Made by a program: the position numbers and the translations under genes | Shown here: positions 1-10,477 of the stretch, piece by piece | Layout: each line of letters starts with the position of its first letter | Numbering within the stretch: position 1 is the stretch's first letter | Assembly: GCF_964188315.1 (NCBI RefSeq) | Contig: NC_135656.1 | Location: 122,946,001-123,010,000 of the forward strand | Source: Podarcis muralis | Taxonomy: Eukaryota | Length of the DNA: 64,000 bases | Direction of reading: 5' to 3' | The notes under the pieces: model-generated | Database searches by the model: none | What the model was told of the DNA's origin: nothing | The model's input: only the letters and a program-made list of their open reading frames with translations

Positions 1-34
1 AAATTTATGACCTCTCTAGCCTCTTCTTTCTACA

Positions 35-89
35 GCCGCCCAGAGTGTCTGGGGAAACCCAGCCAGATGGTGTGAGGTATAAATAATAA

Positions 90-127
<38 letters not shown>

Positions 128-153
128 TACTACTACTACTACTACTACTACTA
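35..153 (+). mobile_element. L2-type LINE 3' tail
   Basis: GCCGCCCAGAGTG..GGGGAAACCCAGCCAGATGG..GGTATAAATAATAAA followed by (ATT)n(ACT)n; same tail as other copies in the window. Confidence 0.65.
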
Positions 154-674
154 CAATCAGTGACCAGCCAGAATCATCTCTTTTACACACAATCACATTC
201 CTCTCTCTCCTGCTTGATATCTACAACAAAAGCAACCCAAACAAATAACGGCTGTCTGTTGTTGCTCAACAGGAAAGGAGAAGAAAAGTAAGCAGCAGCC
301 TTAAAATCTCTGCCTTCGATACCAGAAGTAGTGGACACAGCCGTCATGATTATCAGCCATTTATGACCTTGAACATGAATTTGTTCAATTCCCTTTAAAG
401 CTGTCCAATCAGTACAACATGCATTTGAGAGTGCATGCAGGGGGGTGCCACAGGTGGGTCCATTCTCCCTCTCCCTGTAAGCTGCAGCTTTTGAGGGCAA
501 AGGCATGTACACCAGGTATAGACCATGCAGGCAGAACAGCACAGTTTGTCAGGCTTTCCACTGCCTGACTTCTGTGTAAGAGTGCAGTTGAGCTGCACTG
601 GGGAGGAGTTGGAGGAGAGATTTGGAAACCACTTGGAGCTGGTGTGCATTTAGCGCTTAGTACTTCCAAGTCTA

Positions 675-1013
675 GGGGTGTTCCTAAACCACTGAGCCTA
701 GGGCTTGCCAATCAGAAGGTCGGCAGTTTGAATCCCCGTGACGGGGTGAGCTCCCGTTGTTCGGTCCCTGCTCCTGCCAACCTAGCAGTTCAAAAGCACA
801 GCAAAGTGCAAGTAGATAAATAGGTACCGCTCCGGCAGGAAGGTAAACGGCGTTTCCGTGCGCTGCTCTGGTTCTCCAGAAGTGGTTTAGTCATGCTGGC
901 CACATGACCCAGAAGCTGTACGCTGGCTCCCTCGGCCAGTAAAGCGAGATGAACGCTGCAACCCCAGAGTCGTTCGTGACTGGACCTAAAAGTCAGGGGT
1001 ACCTTTACCTTTA
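675..1013 (+). mobile_element. Sauria SINE (5' end degraded)
   Basis: GGGCTTGCCAATCAGAAGGTCGGC...GTGCAAGTAGATAAATAGGTACC...GGGGTACCTTTACCTTTA tail. Confidence 0.85.
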
Positions 1014-1567
1014 TTGCTTTATTACAGCAAAGGTTCATTTTGTTCAAGTAGATTTTCCCTTGATTTTGGTATTCGAAGCAGACTGCTTTAATTATCTGCC
1101 CTGCTCCAGGTTCAGTTTAATGTTTGCCAATTTGTTTTACTGTACTTCTGAATGCTGTTGGCAACCTTGGGCAACACTTTGATCAGTGGAAAGGAGAAGA
1201 TAGAATTGTTTTCCCGTATGTTTACATAGAATAAATAGTAATAATAGTAATAATAATAATAAATATTTTCTGTTGGCGAGCCTAGCAGCCTTCCCATCTT
1301 GATTCATGGGGATGCTTTGGCGTTACTTTCACCACCATAAACAGAACCACCTGCCGGTATGGACAATTATTTGGAGATGCCATGGTTTGCTTTTCAGTAA
1401 CCAGACAATTAAACCCCTGTGTTGCAAACAATTATCAGTAATATCCGAGGCAACAAGATGACCAAGTACAACAATGCAAAATCAATATAAACTCTTTATA
1501 TAATCTATACGGAACATAGAATATGAAATATATGAAATATGTACTCTGCAGACCCAATAAACAGAAA

Positions 1568-1745
1568 TCTTATAAGTCTCTGAAAGTCACAAAATGTGCA
1601 CTCCTGATGGATTCTCTTGAAAACATAGAGCGAAATAAACATAAGTCTTATAAGTCTCTGAAAGTCACAAAATAGGCACTCTTGATGGATTCTCTTGAAA
1701 ACATAGAACCAAATAAACCTAAGTCTTATAAGTCTCTGGAAGTCT
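1568..1745. repeat. 78-bp tandem repeat, about 2.3 copies
   Basis: TCTTATAAGTCTCTG recurs at 1568, 1646, 1724. Confidence 0.9.
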
Positions 1746-1867
1746 TTGTAGACTATGCAAGTCTCTGAAAGAAGCAAAGGGTCAGATTCTTATCTGGTGA
1801 AGACAAGCCGTAAAGCTTTGTTTTATGGTTTGTTTTTCATTCTGGGAAACAAGCAATATCGCTAATG

Positions 1868-2117
1868 CAGAAGAAGAAGAGTTTGGATTTGATATCCCAC
1901 TTTATCACTCCCCTTCAGGAGTCTCAAAGCGGCTAACATTCTCCCTTCCCTTCCTCCCCCACAACAAACACTCTGTGAGGTGAGTGGGGCTGAGAGACTT
2001 CAGAGAAGTGTGACTAGCCCAAGGTCACCCAGCAGCTGCATGTGGAGGAGCGGGGAATCGAACCCGGTTCACTAGATTACGAGTCTACCGCTCTTAACCA
2101 CTACACCACACTAGCTC
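1868..2117 (-). mobile_element. tRNA-derived SINE, Squam3-like
   Basis: Minus strand: box A TGGTGTAGTGGTT, box B GGGTTCGATTCC, body, (CTT)n tail. Confidence 0.8.
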
Positions 2118-2205
2118 CCTGGATGCAGATCCCTGGAACATGCCCTCTAGTCTACAATGATATTAGAGCAACCCAAATCCCTCCCCAGAGTTTCCATGTA
2201 CGTAC

Positions 2206-2420
2206 TTAGAAATGTATGTGTCCCGTTCTCGGGGTGACAAAATAAACATCTGATTTGTGTGTATGGCACTGCTGAAGCGTAAATGTGCCCCCACAATGAG
2301 ATCTCCTGGCCTGTAATAGTCTTCCTGGAGTTCAAAAGGCCTGGTCAACAGACACTTGGTCCTCAGGGACATCTTGGTGGCAGCCTGAGGAAGGAGCAAA
2401 AAAACTAAAACCCAAATCAT
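2206..2420 (-). CDS. Vmn2r: V2R exon 1 (signal peptide + start of Venus flytrap) of a divergent V2R gene whose remaining exons lie left of the window
   Basis: MIWVLVFLLLPQAATK...KC...YYRPGDLIVG is the typical V2R exon-1 motif; donor AA|GTACGT at 2205; 215 nt, phase 2 as in V2R exon 1. Confidence 0.8.
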
Positions 2421-2915
2421 GGACGGCAGAAAGAGACCCTCGCCCCACTTGAACTTTGTACAGAATTAAGGGGCCACCAAATCCATAGGTCTCAGCCACG
2501 GATTCAGAACATTGGGGGAAATGACCAGACGTCGGAGTGTCTGTCCGGTCTCTCACTCCCCTTCAGGGCGTATTTATCACAATAATGTTTTGCTCTGGGT
2601 TTCTTTGTTGCTGAGTTTCTGGGTGGAAATCCACTGGGATTCAGCAAGAATGACTGTTATTTTGTTAATTCCAGGAGAGAGAAACAATCCCAACTTCCGG
2701 AGAATCTCTTTGGAGCTTGATGGGAAGAAACACATGTTTTGTATTGCTCACTGGGATGCATGGGCTCGNNNNNNNNNNNNNNNNNNNNNNNNNNNNNNNN
2801 NNNNNNNNNNNNNNNNNNNNNNNNNNNNNNNNNNNNNNNNNNNNNNNNNNNNNNNNNNNNNNNNNNNNNNNNNNNNNNNNNNNNNNNNNNNNNNNNNNNN
2901 NNNNNNNNNNNNNNN

Positions 2916-3010
2916 TGTATGTATATGTATATGATGTATGTATATGTATATGTATATGTATATGATGTATGTATATGTATTTGATGTATGTATATGTATG
3001 TATGTACATA
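2916..3010. repeat. (TGTATA/ATGT)n microsatellite adjoining gap
   Basis: Direct reading. Confidence 0.9.
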
Positions 3011-3099
3011 CTTTCTGTGGTTTGGGGGTGGGTTTTTCCAATAATAATAAGAAGAAGAATTATAATTCCTCAGGAATACTGGACTATATTTGCTGCTTC

Positions 3100-3678
3100 A
3101 TATTGCTGCAGCGAGGCTCCTCACGGGGTCTTTGCCATGGGAACATATTCACCCAGTGCTTTTCAAGCTGCACTGGCTCCCGGTGGAGTACAGGGTCAGA
3201 TTTAAGCCCTTCACGGCCTAGGACCCTCGTACCTATGGGACCGCCTCTCCTGGTATGCCCCGCAGAGAGCCTCAAGGTCCATAAATAACAACACCCTAGA
3301 GGTCCCAGGCACTAAGGAAGTTAGATTGGCTTCAACCAGAGCCAGGGCCTTTTCAACTCTGGCTCCGGTCTGGTGGAACGCTCTGCCTCATGAGACCAGG
3401 GCCCTGCAGGATCTGATTTCTTTCCGCAGGGCCTGTAAGACAGAGTTGGCCTTTGGCTTGGAGCCAATTTGATTCCCTCCCTCCCTCCCTCTCTTTCTTT
3501 TTTCTTTCCCTTCTCCTCCTGCAATGAGGCTACATTTTAATATTTTAATGTTCCATTATTTTAATGTTGTATTTTATTTTGTTTTTGTTTTTAAGTTGTA
3601 ATCATTCTTCTTGTTTTTATTATTGCTTGTAAGCCGCTCTGAGCCCGGCCTTGGCTGGGGAGGGCGGGGTATAAATAA

Positions 3679-3690
<12 letters not shown>
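3100..3690 (+). mobile_element. L2 LINE 3' fragment
   Basis: CTGCACTGGCTCCCGGTGGAGTACAGGGTCAGATTTAAG (LHWLPV..R..FK) then ACCAGAGCCAGGGCCTTTTC; tail GTAAGCCGCTCTGAGCC...GGTATAAATAAA. Confidence 0.75.
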
Positions 3691-3719
<29 letters not shown>

Positions 3720-3763
3720 GGTTTTGGTGTCCTCGGGTGTCTTCCCGTGTAAAAGTTGGGGTG

Positions 3764-3808
3764 TCTAGGCGACGTTTCGACGAGGTCTCACTCGTCATCT
3801 TCAGGCTG
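3764..3808 (-). ncRNA. Minimal hammerhead ribozyme motif (inverted arm copy)
   Basis: Exact reverse complement of the 4851-4895 motif. Confidence 0.65.
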
Positions 3809-4850
3809 GTGCTTTCGGCTTCTTGTTACTGGAACAGAGCAGGATCTCAGTGTTTGAGTTCCTATAAATACTGTTGAGGGGTGTGGTGTATAGCCTCCAA
3901 TGTTCTGGACCGAGAGGAAGTTCCCAGGCTAGTGTGCCTTTTCTTCTTTTGTTCCTTAGTTGCTTGAGGGATATCTTGAGTGATTTCTTGAGTGATATCC
4001 TGAGTACCACTTAGATGGGTCATTAGGTGTGGATTAGTTGCTAAAGCCTTTGTGTCTTGACCTCTTGAACTTTGTGAAGAGTTTTTCTGAGAAGATGGCT
4101 GTAGTTGTGCTCTGGCTTGGCTTCGTGTATAGGGGCGAGCTGTGGTTTTGTGGCCTGTGCCAGCCAGATCTGTGTAGGGATTGCAGGGGGGTGCAGCATC
4201 CGGAGGTGCCATCATGGTTTGGCTACTGGATGGTGATTTCATGGTGATTTCATGGAAGCCATCGAGATAGAGAAACACCCTCACAACATGAACAAGCGTG
4301 ACGACACATCCCGCTTGCCAGACATCTGGAAATTAGCCCTCCCCACAAAAACTGACACCAGATCCAGAGGCACACAGAACGCCATCACCAATCAACCACA
4401 CCAGACCCAAACCCAGACCCTCTCCACAGATAAATTACAGACACCATCCAGTAGCCAAACCATGGTGGCACCTCCGGATGCTGCACCCCCCTGCAATCCC
4501 TACACAGATCTGGCTGGCACAGGCCACAAAACCACAGCTCGCCCCTATACACGAAGCCAAGCCAGAGCACAACTAAGCTCTTCACAAAGTTCAAGAGGTC
4601 AAGACACAAAGGCTTTAGCAACTAATCCACACCTAATGACCCACCTAAGTGGTACTCAGGATATCACTCAAGAAATCACTCAAGATATCCCTCAAGCAAT
4701 TAAGGAACAAAAGAAGAAAAGACACACTAGCCTGGGAACTTCCTCTCGGCCCAGAACATTGGAGGCTATACACCACACCTCCTCACAGTATTTATAGGAA
4801 CTCAAACACTGAGATCCTGCTCTGTTCCAGTAACAAGAAGCCGAAAGCAC

Positions 4851-4895
4851 CAGCCTGAAGATGACGAGTGAGACCTCGTCGAAACGTCGCCTAGA
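4851..4895 (+). ncRNA. Minimal type-I hammerhead ribozyme motif in PLE pLTR
   Basis: CTGAAGA 4855-4861, extra T, stem II GACGAG/CTCGTC, GAAA 4881-4884, palindromic stem III ACGT, GTC triplet 4886-4888; stem I only about 2 bp. Confidence 0.65.
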
Positions 4896-4970
4896 CACCC
4901 CAACTTTTACACGGGAAGACACCCGAGGACACCAAAACCTGCATTCCTATACCCGTGAAAATCTACGAAA

Positions 4971-5007
<37 letters not shown>

Positions 5008-5010
<3 letters not shown>

Positions 5011-6925
5011 TGGTACCCCGCAAGACGAACGCCTCGCTAGACGGAAAACCCGCTAGATGAAAGGGTTTTCCGTTTTGGAGGCGCTTCGCAAAACGAATTT
5101 CCCTATGGGCTTGCTTCGCAAGACGAAAGCCCATAGGGAAATCTCCGGGACAGCGGGGAAGCGCAGCGCGTCTTCCCCACTGTCCTCGGACCTCCTCCGA
5201 AGCCTGGCCGGGGGGGGGCGGGGGGAAATAAAGGGGGGGAAATTTATTCCCCCACCGCCAGGCGTGGGGCTAGGGCGGGGGAAGCCCGAGCTTCCCCCTC
5301 CCCCAGAACGGGACCCAGAGCCATGCCGAAGCTGCGCGCAGCTTTGGCATCGCTCTGGGAGCTTGCGGGGCTGGGGGAGGAGGAAGCCCTCCGCCAGCCT
5401 CCAAACCATGTCGGGAGACAGCGGGATGGCGCGCTGCGCCTCTCCCGCTGTCCCCCCGAGTTTGCGGGGCTGGCGACGGGGAGGAGCAGGCTTCTCCCCC
5501 CCGCCAGCCTCCAAACCATGTCGGGAGACAGCGGGATGGCGCGCTGCGCCTCTCCCGCTGTCCCCCGAGTTTGCAGGGCTGGCGACGGGGAGGAGCAGGC
5601 TTCTCCCCCCGCCAGCCTTCCAGCCAAGTCGGGGGGCAGCGGGAAGGGCGAGCTGCGCCTCTCCCGCTGTCCCCCGAGTTTGCGGGGCTGGCAACGGGGA
5701 GGAGCAGGCTTCTCCCCCCGCCAGCCTTCCAGCCAAGTCAGGGGACAGCGGGATGGCGCGCTGCGCCTCTCCCGCTGTCCCCCCGAGTTTGCGGGGCTGG
5801 CGACGGGGAGGAGCAGGCTTCTCCCCCCCGCCAGCCTTCTAGCCAATTCGGGGGACAGCGGGATGGCGAGCTGCACCTCTCCCGCTGTCCCCCGAGTTTG
5901 CGGGGCTGGCGACGGGGAGGAGCAGGCTTCTCCCCCCGCCAGCCTTCCAGCCAAGTCGGGGGGCAGCGGGAAGGGCGAGCTGCGCCTCTCCCGCTGTCCC
6001 CCGAGTTTGCGGGGCTGGCGACGGGGAGGAGCAGGCTTCTCCCGCCGCCAGCCTTCCAGCCAAGTCGGGGGACAGCGGGATGGCGCGCTGCGCCTCTCTC
6101 GCTGTCCCCCAAGTTTGCGGGGCTGGCGACGGGGAGGAGCAGGCTTCTCCCCCCCGCCAGCCTTCTAGCCAAGTCGGGGGACAGCGGGATGGCGCGCTGC
6201 GCCTCTCCCGCTGTCCCCCGAGTTTGCGGGGCTGGCGACGGGGAGGAGCAGGCTTCTCCCCCCGCCAGCCTTCCAGCCAAGTCGGGGGGCAGCGGGAAGG
6301 GCGAGCTGCGCCTCTCCCGCTGTTCCCCGAGTTTGCGGGGCTGGCGACGGGGAGGAGCAGGCTTCTCCCCCCGCCAGCCTTCCAGCCAAGTCGGGGGACA
6401 GCGGGATGGCGCGCTGCGCCTCTCTCGCTGTCCCCCAAGTTTGCGGGGCTGGCGACGGGGAGGAGCAGGCTCCCCCCCCCCGCCAGCCTTCTAGCCAAGT
6501 CGGGGGACAACGGGAATGGCGCGCTGCCTTTCTCCGCTCTCCCGGGAAGGCAGGCAGGGGGGAGCAAAGTCTTTGTCCCCCCTGCCTGCCTTCCCAGGGG
6601 CTTTTAAATCGCCCTGGACAGGGAGAAGTCCTCCGCTGTCCCGGGCGATTTTAAAATGCCGCCCGCCAGCATTTTAAGATCGCCCCGGACAGCGGAGAAG
6701 TCCTCTGCTGTCCCGGGTTTTTTTAAAATGCTGGGGGTGGGAAGAAAAGCCCTTGTCCCCACCCCAGCCTTCAGAAGAGGTCGGGGGACAGACTGTCCCC
6801 GGACCTGGTCTGAAGGCGGTTTCCCTAGGAACGCATTAATTGATTTTCAATGCATTCCTATGGGAAACCGTGCATCGCAAGACGAAAAACTCGCAAGACG
6901 AAGAGACTTGCGGAACGAATTAATT
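5008..6925. mobile_element. Non-autonomous Tc1/mariner (Tigger/pogo-like) DNA element with internal GC-rich minisatellite; right end in gap
   Basis: TA|CAGTGGTACCCCGCAAGACGAA left end; subterminal CGCAAGACGAA motifs recur at 6876-6925 just before the N gap; no transposase. Confidence 0.7.
5391..6530. repeat. ~108-110 bp GC-rich minisatellite, about 10.5 copies, each with internal hairpins
   Basis: CCGCCAGCCT recurs at 5391, 5501, 5609...; GGGGGACAGCGGGA/TCCCGCTGTCCCCC inverted repeat in most units. Confidence 0.92.
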
Positions 6926-7189
6926 NNNNNNNNNNNNNNNNNNNNNNNNNNNNNNNNNNNNNNNNNNNNNNNNNNNNNNNNNNNNNNNNNNNNNNNNNNN
7001 NNNNNNNNNNNNNNNNNNNNNNNNNNNNNNNNNNNNNNNNNNNNNNNNNNNNNNNNNNNNNNNNNNNNNNNNNNNTTATTATAGAATAAATTATTTTATG
7101 TAATATATAGTATGTATTATTATATTATGTATTATATACATCACGTTTGTGTGTTTGTGTGTATGATATCTCTCCCTCCATATTTGACT

Positions 7190-7470
7190 TCCCTCACTAC
7201 GAGAGGTCAAGTTACAGGGAACCAGGCAGAGGGCCTTTTCGGTAGTGGCACCCGCCCTGTGGAACGCCCTCCCATCAGATGTCAAAGCGATAAACAACTA
7301 CCTGACATTCAGAAGACATCTGAAGGCAGCCCTGTTCAGGGAAGTTTTTAATATGTGACATTTTAGTGTATTTTTTTATCTTTGTTGGAAGCCGCCCAGA
7401 GTGGCTGGGGAAACCCAGCCAGATGGGCGGGGTACAAATAATAAATTATTATTATTATTATTATTATTGA
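7190..7470 (+). mobile_element. L2 LINE 3' end (young copy)
   Basis: GGAACCAGGCAGAGGGCCTTTTCGGTAGTGGCACCC...GGCGGGGTACAAATAATAAA(TTA)n; identical to 57965-58228 reverse complement. Confidence 0.8.
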
Positions 7471-8549
7471 CATCTGAGGAGATGGCATCTAAATGGGGAA
7501 TGGAAAGCCACATTGGTTTCTCTTAGAGACTCCCCTCAGAATTCTTTTAACCAGGCTTGCCATGTTTCAAAAAATAAAAAACCAGCGCACCCTGATGTCC
7601 ACAATTTTTTGATGAACTTTTCTAAGATCCAGGACAAAGCGCCGCCTTTCAGAAATTCCCCCTGGACATCAATTTCACCTTTGAAATCCTGGTAAAGACT
7701 GGGTGGGGAAATCTGGACATTAGGTGTTTCAATTATACACCAATGTGTGTGTTGCCTTGGAATTTTACCCCACATACATGGGGGGCTGCCTGTAGTATAA
7801 AAAACAAACTAATCTAGATAAAAATAAAAATGAAACAAGGAAAAGAAAAGAAAAAAGTAAGACAGAAGAAAATACAAAGCCCTCTCTCAGAGGAGTCACA
7901 CAGGGTCTTCCACATAGGCCAGCCATCACCTTCATGTGCCTCACTAAACCAGAGTAGAGGACGTAAACAAAAGAAAACAAAACATAAGCAAACTGGAAGA
8001 GAACAAGAATTTCAAAAGAAAAAGAAAAAAGAGAGAAGAGAGAAAGAAATAGAGTGGACTTCCGATTCTCTGTCCATCGATTATATCTTTAAAAGTTATT
8101 CAGAATATTTGAAGTGATGGTACCCATGTTCACTAGGCAATATTTCCAATCTTCAGACAACTCAAGTTCATTCATTTCCCCTTCCACACAAAAATTTAAA
8201 AGGGGCTCTCCAATTGTTATTATTCCTAAATGTCAATATTAGTCTCCGATATGATGATTTTATTAGGAGTTTAAATTGTTTATAATTAAAAACATTGGGA
8301 TCATGCCACTTACGGTCCTCAAATTTTCAACAATCAATAACTTGAATGCTTAACAGGCTGACCTATTCAATATCTCAAAGGAAGGAAGGAGAAAATCAAC
8401 ATGCACGTTAAACATTTAATCTGTAAAATGAACACAGTTCAAATAATGCAAACTTTTCAAGGATCTGTAAAACATTCATAAAAGCTCTCCAATACAAGCT
8501 TGCCCAACCAGGCTCCCTCAAGATATTACTCAACTTCAACTCCCATCAT

Positions 8550-9055
8550 TCCTGACAATAGGCTGCTGGGAGAATAGAGAATGTTGGAAGAGAGACAAAA
8601 TACCAACTAAAATGGAGAGGCAGACAAAATTATTTGATTATGTAGAATTGGCTGGGGTATAAATAACAAATTATTATTATTATTATTATTATTATTACAG
8701 GGGAAAATCAGAAACCAGACAAACCAAAAGTTTAACAAATAATGGGATATATACAGATTATATTTAAAAGAAGATTGTTCACATATGAAATCTTTGACAT
8801 GCTTTGATTAACTTCTGCAATGTTATATGCTACAAAGATTATAGCTATTTTATGATAAGTTAAATTTATGATACAATATGCAGTCAACAAGGAAATCTAG
8901 GACCCATACTGAGGATGATGGAAGTCTCAACGTATGGAAGAACTTTATTTTATATGTAACATTATTATTATTATTGCATTTTATGTGATTTGTTTTTTCT
9001 TTGGTTGTTTTTGTGGTGAATGGATTCAATATTTTAAATCAATAAAGATTAAATT
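8550..9055 (+). mobile_element. Degraded L1 3' fragment
   Basis: Remnant reading CWKRDKIPTK...LFDYVELA resembles the ORF2 end at 41170-41484; ends in AATAAA. Confidence 0.45.
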
Positions 9056-9566
9056 GCAGAGAATGTTGATTCAGGTGGTTGTTTCATGCTTACATTTGAT
9101 CTAGCAAGAAACTTGGTCTCCCTACTTCCAGCAGAATTAAGTGAAATAATTACTCATCTTAGTCTTGGAGGTGATGTGCTCCCCAAAGAACGGGACACAA
9201 GTTTAAGGAAAGGGCTGGTGGTGGAACCCATCTCATGACCAGGCCTAATAAAAACACTACTAGGAGATTTTGAACTATTCTAGGGAAATTGGTGGCAGTG
9301 AATTAATCACAGAAAGATAGGCATGTATACGTGTGTGTGGAAACAAGTGAGACTAAGGGAAGCAGGATCCCTGACAGGGATCTTGCTGGATCTGTTCATC
9401 ACCTAATATCTGTTGGGATGCACACTGCAGTCTGAGGAAGGTGCTGGAGACACAAACACGCCTACTGGAGCCTTCTGAAAAATAATAAACCCAGTTATTA
9501 TTAAGTAAGCTGTGGTTCCAGTCCAGATACTGTTGAGACATTCTTTTGTATCCCTAGCATTAAGAT

Positions 9567-10477
9567 TCAAATGCCATGCTTATTTTTGTTGGTCAGGTGC
9601 TCCTTCATATTCAGATCAGGCCTCAGTATAATAATATAGCACTTGGGAATGAAGATGCAGCCCAGGAGCCCAGCACTGGAGGCCAAGATGGAGAAGACCT
9701 GCACGGCTACCATGTATTTCCCCTTGGTGCTCAGGTAGGTGGGCACAAAGGACACCCAAACACTGCAGAAGACCAGCATGCTGAAGGTGATGAGCTTGGC
9801 TTCATTGAAGGCCCCAGGCAGATTCCTGGCTAGGAAAGCCACCGTGAAGCAGATGGCAGCCAGGAAGCCCATGTAGCCAAGTGCGCCATAATACATGGCA
9901 ACAGACCCTTCATTGCACTGCAGGATAATCTCTTTAGGCTGGGAGAGCATGTCAGATTCTGGGAATGGGGGAGAGATGCCCAACCAGATGGTACAAATGA
10001 GAACTTGGACACTGGAGCAGGAAATGACAATGGAGTTTGCCAAACCCTTCCCCAGCCATCTCCTCACCCTGTTCCCTGGCTTAGTGGCCAGGAAGGCCAG
10101 AACCACCGTGATGGTTTTTGCTAAGACTGAAGAGACAGCAATTGAGAAGATGATGCTGAATGCAATTTGTCGGAAAAAGCAGGTTGCTTTCCTTGGCCAG
10201 CCAATGAAGAGGAAGGAGGACAAAAAGGAGAGCAAGAGGGAAATGAGGAGGATGTAGGAGAGGTCCCTGTTGTTGGCTTTGACTATGGGAGTTTCCTTGT
10301 ATTTAATGAAAATTCCAAACACAATACCTGTAGTTAAGGATAGGAAGAGGGTAAGGGATGTCAGGAGGATTCCCAAACATTCTTCATAGGACAGGAAGGT
10401 TATTGTTTTGGGGACACATTGATTCTGCTCCTTGTTTGGATGTTGATCTTGTGGACATCTGGTGCATTCATCAGCAT
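9567..10477 (-). CDS. Vmn2r: V2R gene A exon 6 (end of Cys-rich domain + 7TM)
   Basis: Acceptor TATGCAG|ATGCTGAT; DADECTRCP...KANNRDLSY...CNEGS...[13 protein letters not shown]; stop TGA at 9567-9569. Confidence 0.93.

Larger units (their letters stand above)
3716..4973. mobile_element. Penelope-like element (PLE), 5'-truncated, with inverted pLTR copy, flanked by (TA)n
   Basis: Right arm (4253-4973, +) encodes EAIEIEKHPHNMNKRDD..RLPDIW, resembling the end of a PLE GIY-YIG domain; left arm (3716-4235) is its reverse complement; hammerhead motif in each arm. Confidence 0.8.

Noticed and set aside
1868-2117. tRNA-like heads with A and B boxes in the SINEs
   Set aside because: No full cloverleaf; they are followed by SINE bodies and tails, so not tRNA genes.
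3716-4973. Inverted repeats read as TIRs of a DNA transposon, or as a CRISPR-like structure
   Set aside because: Arms are hundreds of bp of PLE pLTR with a GIY-YIG tail and asymmetric ends; no spacers, no cas genes, eukaryotic context.
5053-6654. Many long overlapping ORFs (up to 307 aa) on both strands
   Set aside because: They arise from a GC-rich ~108-bp minisatellite poor in stop codons; translations are repetitive with no domain signal.
7470-8300. Possible degraded L1-like fragment on the minus strand
   Set aside because: Only faint resemblance to L1 ORF2 ends; cannot be supported without a search.
9576-10257. Plus-strand ORFs opposite the 7TM exons (also at 23835-24522, 37395-37757, 50247-50907)
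   Set aside because: Antisense shadows of conserved coding exons, repeated only because the exons are paralogous.
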